Of a stretch of DNA of 64,000 nucleotides, positions 32,028-41,028 are shown piece after piece (position 1 is the stretch's first letter; the number at the start of each line of letters is the position of its first letter). Under the pieces are notes generated by a model. It was not told the DNA's origin and did not search any database. It worked only from the letters and a program-made list of their open reading frames with translations. The stretch is from assembly GCA_050253075.1 (NCBI GenBank), contig JBFWJS010000003.1:245458-309457 (forward strand), in the 5' to 3' direction. Source of the stretch: Deferribacterales bacterium. GTDB taxonomy: Bacteria; Chrysiogenota; Deferribacteres; Deferribacterales; Geovibrionaceae. Position numbers and translations under genes: made by a program.

Positions 32028-32461
32028 AAAAAGATTATAACGATAATGAAATGCTCAATATGCGTCTGGTACATGCCATATATAACGGCATGAAAAATAT
32101 GCGCAGGAAAGAGTATGAAAAGATAAAGGAAACAGGGGTTACCTTTGCACAGTTTGAGGTTTTGGTGGTGGTGTATCACTTCCAGCCGATGACTGTGAAT
32201 GCGATAATAGACAAAACGCTGTCAACCATAGGTAATATATCTCTGGTGATAGCGAACCTTGTGAAGGAAGGATATCTGGACTCTGTGCCTGATCCAAAGG
32301 ATAAGAGGTCGAAGCTGATATCCCTGACTAAAAAGGGGGAGAAATTCATGGACGACTTCTTCCCTGAGCATCTTGAGAATCTGGATAATATCTTCGGCAT
32401 TTTCTCCAAAGAGGAGAAAGAAGTACTGCTGTCACTCATGCGCAGACTGAGAATTAGTTAA
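32024..32461 (+). CDS. MarR-family regulator
   Basis: TFAQFEVL...LVKEGY...DPKDKRSKLISLTKKG; ATGA overlap with phr. Confidence 0.88.
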   Translation: MKKDYNDNEMLNMRLVHAIYNGMKNMRRKEYEKIKETGVTFAQFEVLVVVYHFQPMTVNAIIDKTLSTIGNISLVIANLVKEGYLDSVPDPKDKRSKLISLTKKGEKFMDDFFPEHLENLDNIFGIFSKEEKEVLLSLMRRLRIS

Positions 32462-32551
32462 GTAATTAAAGTAAAAAATCACATCTCCATTAAAAATTCA
32501 TAATTGATTATAACGATGGTTGCGTTACAATCAAAATATGGAGGTGTGAAA

Positions 32552-34816
32552 ATGAAAAGAATAATCAGTACGCTGATCTTGTGCAGCTTTCTCATATACG
32601 GCTGCGGAGGCGGAGGCGGAAGCAGCAGTGGAGCGGTAGACGACTCAGGCGGAAGCTCGGTCAGCTCCGGCGTTGCAGTCGACCCATATCTTAAAGATGC
32701 GATATTCTGTGTGGATATCGATCAAAACGGCATCTGCGGTGCAGATGAGCCCGAATCTACCCCTAGTGACGAAAACGGTGTATTCACTTTCGATAACTAC
32801 GAAGTTCAGGAAGGGGACATCATCCTGATGAAATCAGCAGGCACACACAACGGCGTGCCTTTCCAATACGCTAAAATGATCGCAGTGTATCAGGGCGGAG
32901 ACCTCATAGTTTCCCCGCTGACAACACTCCTTGCGAAGAGCCTCGACGCTGCTCAGATCGTAGCTCTTTTAGACCCGATTGGCACATACGGACTGACAGC
33001 AGACCTCGTCAGCATGGACCCTGTAGAGATAGTGGAGTCTATCGGTACAGAAGTTCTGACAGATGCGAACCTCGCAGCCATCAGAGCATCCATCGGCGCA
33101 TACATGCTGCTCCGTATGATAGATGCTAATCCTGCCCTTGCAGACCTTTCAGGCGACGACCTTGTGAACAATGACGACGTCAAAGACCTCGCAAGCAACA
33201 TGATGGCTATCGTTGCAGAGGCTATCACTGTCGAAAGGATAGAAGACTTCCAGACTATGGTGGATAACTCAGGCGTGGACGGACTCCCCGCTGTGGACAT
33301 CATGGACATCATCTACACAGCAGTGACCATATGCGACTATGCACTTGAGCTCGGTGAAGCCGAATTTGAGGCAAACGGAAACGTGAACGGCGTTATCAAC
33401 GCTATGAACTCATTCAAAAATACTCAGATGACAGCCCTTATCGATGAGGTAGGACCTAATCAGTATGTATACAGACTTAAAAGAGAACACGGCATAAACA
33501 TTCCTAACGGCGTGCCTTTCAGCACTGTGGACTTCAATGCATGTTCTCAGGGACTCCACATCGGCGGAAACGGCAGACCAATGTGCTACGGCGACGATGA
33601 AGAAACTGAAGCAACAGATGAGGAGATAGCCGAGGCTGTTGCCGATGCTCCTGAGATCAAGTTCGACTTTGACGAAGCATCATACACACCGCCTGCGGGC
33701 GCAGGTGATGCCAGAGCATCCAGCAGGATAGGCTTTGGTACAAATGCTGTCGGTGCATGCTATGTTTACGGCATCAGATACAACGCAAGCGAATTTGTCC
33801 CTAATGCGGACTATCTCAGATGTGTGGTTTCTGAAACTGCCGAAGCAGGCTACCTCGAAGGTATCAGCGAAGGCGCAGTTTACCTTAAGCTCACAAATTC
33901 TGATAATCAAAATCACTTTGCTAAGCTCACATACTCAAACGGCACAGCCACAGCAGACATCTGCTACAACCAGAATATGGCAGCCGACTATGCACCTGTA
34001 AAACAGAATGCACGTGTAACTGTGACATACTCCGAAGACGGCTATGTCGTAAACAGCACGATGCTTCTGGACAATAACTGGAACGGCACTCCTGAAGGGC
34101 TTGTGGAAGAAGGTCTTAAGATCGATGCTTCTGCCAGCGTTTCCGAGAGCGAAGGCGAGATGTATAGCTTCATCATCCACTTCCTTAACGAGCAGGGGGC
34201 AAACTGTGCGGATCTTCCTTCCGGTTCTTCCGCAACAGCCACAGACGACCAGTGCTTCCTCAGATACGAAGGAAACATATACTACGGACTCAGTGAAAGC
34301 GACGTCAGCTTCAGCAAGTATGACGGTCTCTTTGTTGAAAAAGTGTATGACGGAGGCCCCGGCGCATTCCTTGCGGGCGGATCAGTCTCTGCCGTTATCA
34401 GCGGCGGAAGTGCTTACTCCAGATATGCAGGCCTGACAACAGATACAGTATCATTTGACCTTGGTACACCTGAAAGCGAAGCCTGGACAGCCAGCAGTCT
34501 GCTTATCGATGCTCTGAGTTCCCTCGGGGCTGTTTTCGGCGAAATTCCGCTGCCTGAGAGAACAGTTACAATACCGGCTATCGAAGATGCTTGGGACTGC
34601 TCGGCAGACGCTTTTGTCACAGTCGATACAGACAGTATCGCAGGTATGGCTGATTGTGTAAGTGACAGCTCGCTTATAAACTTTGTCGGTGCCGCTGACC
34701 TTACAACATGTTCCGAAGGTACAGACAGCCCGACATTCCAGCAGCTTATGGATAACTACAGATGTAATGATGAAGATCCGCTTACGCTGAATGCCAACAT
34801 GTGCGCACCGGATTAA
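32552..34816 (+). CDS. large acidic Cys-rich lipoprotein of unknown function
   Basis: GGAGG SD; lipobox IYGC plus poly-Gly; VDPYL..A..CVDIDQNGIC..DEP motif (DxDxNG). Confidence 0.8.
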   Translation: MKRIISTLILCSFLIYGCGGGGGSSSGAVDDSGGSSVSSGVAVDPYLKDAIFCVDIDQNGICGADEPESTPSDENGVFTFDNYEVQEGDIILMKSAGTHNGVPFQYAKMIAVYQGGDLIVSPLTTLLAKSLDAAQIVALLDPIGTYGLTADLVSMDPVEIVESIGTEVLTDANLAAIRASIGAYMLLRMIDANPALADLSGDDLVNNDDVKDLASNMMAIVAEAITVERIEDFQTMVDNSGVDGLPAVDIMDIIYTAVTICDYALELGEAEFEANGNVNGVINAMNSFKNTQMTALIDEVGPNQYVYRLKREHGINIPNGVPFSTVDFNACSQGLHIGGNGRPMCYGDDEETEATDEEIAEAVADAPEIKFDFDEASYTPPAGAGDARASSRIGFGTNAVGACYVYGIRYNASEFVPNADYLRCVVSETAEAGYLEGISEGAVYLKLTNSDNQNHFAKLTYSNGTATADICYNQNMAADYAPVKQNARVTVTYSEDGYVVNSTMLLDNNWNGTPEGLVEEGLKIDASASVSESEGEMYSFIIHFLNEQGANCADLPSGSSATATDDQCFLRYEGNIYYGLSESDVSFSKYDGLFVEKVYDGGPGAFLAGGSVSAVISGGSAYSRYAGLTTDTVSFDLGTPESEAWTASSLLIDALSSLGAVFGEIPLPERTVTIPAIEDAWDCSADAFVTVDTDSIAGMADCVSDSSLINFVGAADLTTCSEGTDSPTFQQLMDNYRCNDEDPLTLNANMCAPD

Positions 34817-34837
34817 GCTGAGATATTTTAAAATGAT

Positions 34838-34867
34838 AAAGCCCCGTCTTACGGCGGGGCTTTTTTT
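34838..34867 (+). terminator. Rho-independent terminator
   Basis: AAAGCCCCGTC-TTAC-GGCGGGGC-TTTTTTT. Confidence 0.85.
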
Positions 34868-34888
34868 GTTAAAGCAAAATATTTTCTT

Positions 34889-35025
34889 GTCATCCTGAGC
34901 CTGCTTCGGCAGGTGTGGGGATCTCAAACCCTTGGTCAGCATGAATTCACAGTCACAGTGACGATATGTCATTGCTTGCCGAAGGTTATGAGATTCTTAC
35001 GTCGCCCGTGGCTCCTCAGAATGAC
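34889..35025. repeat. inverted pair of REP-like repeats
   Basis: GTCATCCTGAG..GGATCTC (34889-34925, +) facing GTCATTCTGAG..AGAATCTC (34990-35025, -). Confidence 0.7.
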
Positions 35026-35099
35026 TGTTTTAGTTAACTGCCATTATATGAATATTTTCAACATATCTTTCGCACGCTTTGGTTTTTCGAGGGCTTTTT

Positions 35100-36242
35100 T
35101 TATAGCGGGCTTTTAGTTTTAAATTCTGTAAAGTGCAGAAATACACTCAGGGCAGAGCCTTCGTGCGTGTATTCCGCATGACCTTTGAAATTATTTTCCA
35201 AAAGTTTTTTGATGAACATTAATTCCATTTCAGCATCGTCTTTGACTCTGGTATAGCTGATCTTCACAGTCAGCAGTCCGTCGTTTATCATATGCTCAAA
35301 GGTGATCTTATTGTTCTCTTTCCCTTCGATTATACCGAGGGTGATGAGGTGGCGGATGAGGAACTGATAAAGCTCTTTGTCGCCGCTGATGACCACATTC
35401 CCTTTGTTACATCCGTGGAAGCATTTTTTCGTACCCGTACCGCATCGAATCTTAAAATTTTCTGTGATGTCGATGAACGTCTCGGTGATGATGTCGCCTA
35501 GTGCATGACAGTTCAGGCTGACGTGTGTTTCGGTCTTTTTCAGGATGTCGTTCAGTCTCTCTATGTTGTTAAACATGGTCTCAGAGATGTTTATGATATC
35601 CTCGTCTGAATCGTTAGAGTAGAAGACCGCCATCTCGTCGATGGATTCAGACAGCCTCGATATCTCGTTGAAAACCTGCCTTGTGGCAAAGTTCATATAG
35701 TATTTTGTAAGGCTGCTGTCTTCGAACTGTTCCTTTATGTCCTGAGTGAAGAGCGAGATGCTGTTCAGAGGCTGTCTCCATGTGTGCATGGATTCAGATA
35801 TGATTTGTCTGACTATCTCGTTGTCGTCGCTCTTGTTCTCCAGCTTTCTCTGCTTATACTGGGCTGTGGTATCGTATATCTTCACTGTGTATATTTCGTC
35901 ATCTTCTATAACTTGATAACACGCCGTGAGGAACATCCAGTAAGAGCTGTCCTCGGAATATAAGGGGAACTCATAGGTGAAGCATCTGGTAAGGTCGCCA
36001 TGCAGCTCTTTCAGACCCTTTATGATGTTATGGATGATCAGCTCGTCTTCGTGCAGATACTCCGACATAAGGTCTCTGAGCGAGATATTCTTGCCCTCTG
36101 TAAGTTTTGTCTGTAATATCTCTAGTAGAGATTTGAAAGAGTTATTCACCCAAAGTATATCTAACTCTTTATTTAACAGAACAATCTTTTCCGGGCTGTT
36201 TGTGTAAGTCCTAATAATATGTTCTTGAACGTTGATTTGCAT
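35100..36242 (-). CDS. PAS-like + HisKA-like protein with degenerate ATPase domain (pseudokinase or phosphotransferase)
   Basis: N-terminal PAS-like segment (IVLLNKELDILWVNNSF); H-box HTWRQPLN; no N/G1/F/G2 boxes visible. Confidence 0.7.
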   Translation of the reverse strand: MQINVQEHIIRTYTNSPEKIVLLNKELDILWVNNSFKSLLEILQTKLTEGKNISLRDLMSEYLHEDELIIHNIIKGLKELHGDLTRCFTYEFPLYSEDSSYWMFLTACYQVIEDDEIYTVKIYDTTAQYKQRKLENKSDDNEIVRQIISESMHTWRQPLNSISLFTQDIKEQFEDSSLTKYYMNFATRQVFNEISRLSESIDEMAVFYSNDSDEDIINISETMFNNIERLNDILKKTETHVSLNCHALGDIITETFIDITENFKIRCGTGTKKCFHGCNKGNVVISGDKELYQFLIRHLITLGIIEGKENNKITFEHMINDGLLTVKISYTRVKDDAEMELMFIKKLLENNFKGHAEYTHEGSALSVFLHFTEFKTKSPL

Positions 36243-36503
36243 GCGGAGTATAATATCTGAATTAAATTTTTTTTCAATCAGAAATTACTTAACATTTGAT
36301 AAAAAAGACAAAATAAGTATAGTAATATAAATGGCTGTTAATATTAACTTTTGCGGACTATCTGAAGATAAAAAGTATCATATAAAATTTTGATAGTTAT
36401 CAATGCTTTGAGCATTGATGCGGGTGTGATGCGAGAAAATTAACGTATAATAAACCTAACAAAAAATTGGTAAGTATATTTAACTACCCGGCGATGGAGT
36501 GTA

Positions 36504-36767
36504 ATGGCAGAATTCACGGTAAAAATCGTCGATCAGCGAGCCACCTCTGGTATACTCTGAGGTGATTGTCCTCTTTTAATTAAGAGGCACCTCATAGGTC
36601 TATGGGGTATAGACTCGGTCGACTTTGACCTACAGACTGCGACCTTTCATGTTGTGTCCCGTGTGACACATGCAGGTGCTCTGCGCCTTATTATCAGCAG
36701 AGGGTTAAATGCCTTATCTAAAATACATTTCAAAGATTTCAAAGTTTATTCCATAGAGCCGAAATAA
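36504..36767 (+). CDS. probable selenoprotein: HMA (CopZ/MerP-like) domain with UxxC, 87 aa
   Basis: GGAG SD, ATG 36504; hand translation MAEFTVKIVDQRATSGIL-U(TGA 36558)-GDCPLLIKRHLIGLWGIDSVDFDLQTATFHVVSR...EPK-TAA; SECIS-like hairpin follows; terminator directly after the stop. Confidence 0.72.
36589..36608 (+). promoter_or_regulatory. putative bacterial SECIS element
   Basis: Stem ACCUCAUA/UAUGGGGU with apical GGUC loop 36 nt after the UGA; the AGGUCU core matches the E. coli fdhF SECIS apex. Confidence 0.62.
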
Positions 36768-36790
36768 AAAAAGGCTCCGAAGAGCCTTTT
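36768..36790. terminator. bidirectional Rho-independent terminator
   Basis: AAAAAGGCTC-CGAA-GAGCCTTTT between convergent genes. Confidence 0.8.
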
Positions 36791-36791
36791 G

Positions 36792-37346
36792 TCATTGTAT
36801 CATAAATATCAGGAAAATGACCGGTATGGCAAAGCCTGCCGTGGTCAGCAGTATGCCTCTCCGCATAGTCTTCTTTCTTATCATCAGGAGCCCCGATATA
36901 GCCAGATAGGCGAGGAGTACGGCATAAATATCTGCTGCTATTGTCCATGCCCCCTTCGGCTTATTCAGGTGCAGATAGTTCAGCTCATACAGGATAGGGC
37001 GCTTTTCAAATTTTATTATGTCTACACGCCCGGTGGGGAGCGATATGTCTATCGTGTTATCCCCTGCGAATATGCGCATTACCTCCGGCGACATCATAGA
37101 CACATTCTTAAACTCGCCGTAATCGCCGAGCTCTGCCATCTTTTGTCTCACCAGATTCATATCGGGCTGTACGTTCATAGGCACTGGAGTCACCTGTGCG
37201 AAGCTCCGTTCTATCTTATAGCTGGGGTTGAACTCTCTGGATAAATGGTTCACCGCGACACCGCTTATCGCATATAAAAGTGTCAGTCCGATGCAGAGGA
37301 ACCCTATGTCCCTGTGCAGTATATAGTTTATCTTACGCCAATTCAT
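36792..37346 (-). CDS. PepSY-associated TM-helix membrane protein
   Basis: LHRDIG...YAISGVAVNH and LNYLHLN...W...AD...AISGL. Confidence 0.8.
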   Translation of the reverse strand: MNWRKINYILHRDIGFLCIGLTLLYAISGVAVNHLSREFNPSYKIERSFAQVTPVPMNVQPDMNLVRQKMAELGDYGEFKNVSMMSPEVMRIFAGDNTIDISLPTGRVDIIKFEKRPILYELNYLHLNKPKGAWTIAADIYAVLLAYLAISGLLMIRKKTMRRGILLTTAGFAIPVIFLIFMIQ

Positions 37347-37347
37347 T

Positions 37348-37806
37348 TTATTCTATTACAGCTCCCAGACCCTGTACACGATAGAGCTTCATTGGCTCTT
37401 TCACTGTGGACGGGTCGAATTTTACGCCTTTTTCATACGCCTGATGTTCATAGTATTCGATGGTCTCTTCGAGGTCAAAATCAAGCTCTTCGACTATTCC
37501 TTCGACCTTTGCTGTGCGGCCTCTCGCCTCCATAGGGAATACTATTACTCCGTCGATGACCTTTACTTCCATCTTTTTGAATGCTTCATCGCTGGCAATG
37601 TCTATCCAGCATCCTCTGGCTGCGCAGACGTCTATCACCATCCCCTGAACCTGAACACGTTTGCCCAGATATTTTTCAGGATGTGCGTTTATCTCGGATA
37701 TCTTTGTAGTGCTGTTCAGCTTCAGCGGCTCTCCGAGAAAGATAGGTTTCGCATATGCAGTAACGGATGCAAGGATAAGGGCTAGAATGATTAGATATTT
37801 TTTCAT
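37348..37806 (-). CDS. DUF4920-like exported protein
   Basis: Signal peptide; VQVQG.V.DVC..RGCW motif. Confidence 0.7.
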   Translation of the reverse strand: MKKYLIILALILASVTAYAKPIFLGEPLKLNSTTKISEINAHPEKYLGKRVQVQGMVIDVCAARGCWIDIASDEAFKKMEVKVIDGVIVFPMEARGRTAKVEGIVEELDFDLEETIEYYEHQAYEKGVKFDPSTVKEPMKLYRVQGLGAVIE

Positions 37807-37875
37807 TATGCTCTCCGAATAATAATTTCTACTTTTTCAAATGTCTTTTGGGATCAAATATACGGAAGAGAACCG

Positions 37876-38256
37876 CTATGCCGTGATATCTCTCTCAGGG
37901 ACAACCTCGAGCCACCATCCGTCGGGGTCGCTGATGAAGTAGAGTCCCATTGCGATATTTTCATAGCAGATGCAGTCCATCTCTTTGTGTTTTTTATAAA
38001 ATCCGTCGAAGTCGTCCACACGGAAAGCGAGGTGTATCTCGTTGTCTCCGAGGTTGTACGGCTCTTTTCTGTCACGCAGCCATGTGAGCTCTATCTCCAT
38101 GTCTGACATGCCGTCTGTGAGATACACAAGGATAAAGTTCCCCTCGGGGTGCTCATACCTGCGTTTTTCCTTCATGCCGAGGGCTTCGTCATAAAATTTA
38201 AGGCTTTTTTCCAGGTCTAATACATTGATATTCGTATGGATATACTTGGCTTTCAT
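37876..38256 (-). CDS. VOC family protein (lactoylglutathione lyase-like)
   Basis: HTNINVLDLEKSLKFY, ELTW, HLAF, FISDPDGWWLE. Confidence 0.88.
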   Translation of the reverse strand: MKAKYIHTNINVLDLEKSLKFYDEALGMKEKRRYEHPEGNFILVYLTDGMSDMEIELTWLRDRKEPYNLGDNEIHLAFRVDDFDGFYKKHKEMDCICYENIAMGLYFISDPDGWWLEVVPERDITA

Positions 38257-38265
38257 CTCTTCTCC

Positions 38266-39225
38266 TTAAAACCGCTTAGAAATTTTTAATAATACGATCT
38301 GTGCAGCGAGAACGGCGACGCAGACAAGGCTGAAAACTTTGAATCCGTTCATGCTGGCAGCTCCCGGGATACCCCCCAGATTCACTCCCAAAAGCCCCGT
38401 AAGGAAGCTGAGCGGGAGGAACACCGCTGTCATTATAGACAAAAGATACATGTTTTTGTTCATCTTTTCTCCCGACACGGCGCTCAGATCGTCTTTAAGG
38501 ATGTGGCATCTGTTTGTGATGGATTCCAGCTCTTCCAGATACCTTCTGGTTACGTTTATGCTTTCTGTTATCACTATTCTGTCGTCTTCGGTGAATGTGT
38601 TTGTCTTTATGGTCATCAGCTTCACCAGAGCGTCTTTCTGTGGTGAAAGGTATCTGGCAAAGGATACGGCGGCACGGCGCACTTCGGATATTGTGCCCCT
38701 TTTGTTCAGGTCTGTATGGTCTATTACATGGCACTCGAAGTCATACACCCAGTCATTCTTTTCGGATATATATGCCTCTATCCTGTCGGTGATCAGCTCT
38801 ATGGCGTATGAGAGGAATTCGCCCTTATTCGCAGGGGGGAATTCTCCGTGGAGCACTTCCACCATGTCCTTTATGATATGTATCTCTTTCAGGCTGGTGG
38901 ATATTATGCGATTCTTCTGTATGAACATCCTCATGGAGAGCATGTCGTATGGCTGTTCGTCACGGCTGGTATTCACCGCACGCAGGTTCAGCAGAACCCC
39001 GTCGGGGAAGACAGTGGTTCGTGGGCGTGTGTCTTCATCGGTGAGACTCTCTATTACGGGTTCGTCGAAATCGTGCTCATAAAGCCACTTCTGCGTGCTG
39101 AGACTCTCTCTGTAGAAGTGTATCCAGTGCAGGGTGTAGCTGCCGTCCTCCGGCATCTTGTCCCCAATGTTTTCCCATTTGCCTTCTTTGGTCAGTATCA
39201 GGTTCTGAAGTATAAAATCACTCAT
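38266..39225 (-). CDS. ZntB/CorA-family divalent cation transporter
   Basis: TRPR, LNLRAVN, FLPLSFLTGLLGVNLGGIPG. Confidence 0.88.
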   Translation of the reverse strand: MSDFILQNLILTKEGKWENIGDKMPEDGSYTLHWIHFYRESLSTQKWLYEHDFDEPVIESLTDEDTRPRTTVFPDGVLLNLRAVNTSRDEQPYDMLSMRMFIQKNRIISTSLKEIHIIKDMVEVLHGEFPPANKGEFLSYAIELITDRIEAYISEKNDWVYDFECHVIDHTDLNKRGTISEVRRAAVSFARYLSPQKDALVKLMTIKTNTFTEDDRIVITESINVTRRYLEELESITNRCHILKDDLSAVSGEKMNKNMYLLSIMTAVFLPLSFLTGLLGVNLGGIPGAASMNGFKVFSLVCVAVLAAQIVLLKISKRF

Positions 39226-39356
39226 AAAACACCATGTAAATATTTATCCCTAAGTATCTCGACTTTTAAGCTCTCCGTCAACGGTACTTTTAAGCTATTG
39301 ACTAGTTTGCCCCGACATATTATTTTTTATATATTATATTTATTCAGGAGCAGTTA

Positions 39357-39797
39357 ATGCGATTTATTTTATTGATAGTGTTTGCACTATTTTCCTTTAA
39401 TGTTTATGCGGACGGAATGCCGACCCTGAACATGGACCAGCTCATGACAGAAGTTAAATCCCACAGTGCCAAGACAATGGTTGTTTTCTGGGCTCCGTGG
39501 TGTCCATTCTGCATGAAAGAGCTGAAGATAATAAGAGACAACCCTGACTTTGTGAAAAACAACAATCTGCAGGTCATCGGGCTCACCAAAAAGCCTGATA
39601 AGAGCAGAGCAATAGCATTTGTGGAAAAAGAGAATATGCCTTTTAAATTCTTCATCGGAGAGCAGGAAATATATGACCGTCTCCAGAAGATAGACGCTGT
39701 GCCCCTTACTCTGGTATACGGCAGCGACGGCAAGCTCCTGGACTATGAATACGGAAAGCAGAGCGTGGAAGACCTTGCTCTGATGCTGGAAGATTAA
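39357..39797 (+). CDS. TlpA-like exported thioredoxin
   Basis: Signal peptide; FWAPWCPFC; cis-Pro AVP. Confidence 0.85.
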   Translation: MRFILLIVFALFSFNVYADGMPTLNMDQLMTEVKSHSAKTMVVFWAPWCPFCMKELKIIRDNPDFVKNNNLQVIGLTKKPDKSRAIAFVEKENMPFKFFIGEQEIYDRLQKIDAVPLTLVYGSDGKLLDYEYGKQSVEDLALMLED

Positions 39798-40990
39798 TCC
39801 ATCTTAATGAATATACACTTAAGGTAGGCTCCCTCGGGGAAGCCTATCGGGTGGTCTATGGCGTGGGCTGTGCGCTTTATCTCGCTGTATCTTCTGCCTG
39901 ATGCTTTTACGGCATTGATGACAGCGGTGAAGAATTCGTCCTTAGACACCCTTGCCGAGCATGAAGCGGCGACCAGTATGCCGTTTTGTTCTATCAGTTT
40001 CACTGCGAGCTTATTCAGCTTTTCATAGGCTTTCAGTGCGCCCGGTACGTCCGGCTGCTTCCTTGCGAAGGAAGGCGGGTCTACTATCACCATGCCGAAT
40101 TTACGTTTCTCGGCTGACAGTCTCTCCATCTCCTCAAATGCGTCTCCGCATATTATCTCATGTGGAGTGGTGAATCCGTTCAGCTCATAGTTCTGCACAC
40201 ATTCGTCCAGAGCAGGCTTTGATATGTCCAGGCTGGCTACCTTTTTAGCTCCGCCCTGCGCCGCATAAAGGCTGAATCCGCCTGTATAGGCAAAGATGTT
40301 CAGCACGGAGAGTCCTTCTGACATGTCGCCCACGAGCTTTCGGTTGTCCCGCTGATCGAGGAAGAAGCCTGTCTTCTGGCCTTCTACGGGGTCTGCATAG
40401 AATTTTATGCCGTTTTCAAAGAAGGTCACAGGTTTTGAAATCTTATTTCCGAAGACGACAGAGCCGTCGGGGATATCAGAGAATTCCTTAACGGTACGGC
40501 TCATCCGCAGGACTATCCTTTCGGGTTTTATCAGTGCTATGAAGATGTCTTTCAGTGTTTCCAGATGTGGGAGCCAGCATGTGCTGTCCAGTTTTATCAC
40601 GAGGGTTGTGTCGTATATGTCAGCGACAACTCCCGCCAGAGCGTCGTTTTCACCGTTTACAAGTCGGTATCCCGTTGTCTGCGGGTCGTTTATCAGCTTC
40701 GCACGTTTATCTATACTTGCGCTTATCCTGCCTGTCAGCCACTCTTTGTCCAGTATTATCTGTTTGCCCGAGTGGAGCACACGCACCACTATTGGGGAAT
40801 GTGCATCGTACAGACCGATACCGGCAAACTGACGCTTGCTGTCGTAGAGTATGGCTATGTCGCCTGAATTACCCTGCTTGTTCATCCTTTCCACAGCTTT
40901 GTCATAAAGCCACGGATGACCCTTGCGGACGACCTGATGCCCCTTATAAGTGAGAATGATAGAAATAATGTTGTCTGATATAGCTCCCAT
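39794..40990 (-). CDS. RlmI-type SAM-dependent rRNA methyltransferase
   Basis: GHPWLY PUA domain, GQKTGFFLDQRDNR, FAYTGGFS, DPPSFA. Confidence 0.88.
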   Translation of the reverse strand: MGAISDNIISIILTYKGHQVVRKGHPWLYDKAVERMNKQGNSGDIAILYDSKRQFAGIGLYDAHSPIVVRVLHSGKQIILDKEWLTGRISASIDKRAKLINDPQTTGYRLVNGENDALAGVVADIYDTTLVIKLDSTCWLPHLETLKDIFIALIKPERIVLRMSRTVKEFSDIPDGSVVFGNKISKPVTFFENGIKFYADPVEGQKTGFFLDQRDNRKLVGDMSEGLSVLNIFAYTGGFSLYAAQGGAKKVASLDISKPALDECVQNYELNGFTTPHEIICGDAFEEMERLSAEKRKFGMVIVDPPSFARKQPDVPGALKAYEKLNKLAVKLIEQNGILVAASCSARVSKDEFFTAVINAVKASGRRYSEIKRTAHAIDHPIGFPEGAYLKCIFIKMD

Positions 40991-41028
40991 TGGGAGATAT
41001 TAGATGTTTTTAACGAAACAGACAACAG

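Noticed and set aside
34913..35116. Short ORFs over repeat-rich spacers (also 45940-46143, 59535-59777)
   Set aside because: They translate palindromic repeats and have no SD or recognisable protein features
36490..36500. GGCGATGGAGT resembles the 5' end of a fluoride riboswitch
   Set aside because: The pairing TCGCC and the downstream TGATGAC..CTAC elements are missing; the GGAG is better explained as the SD of the HMA gene
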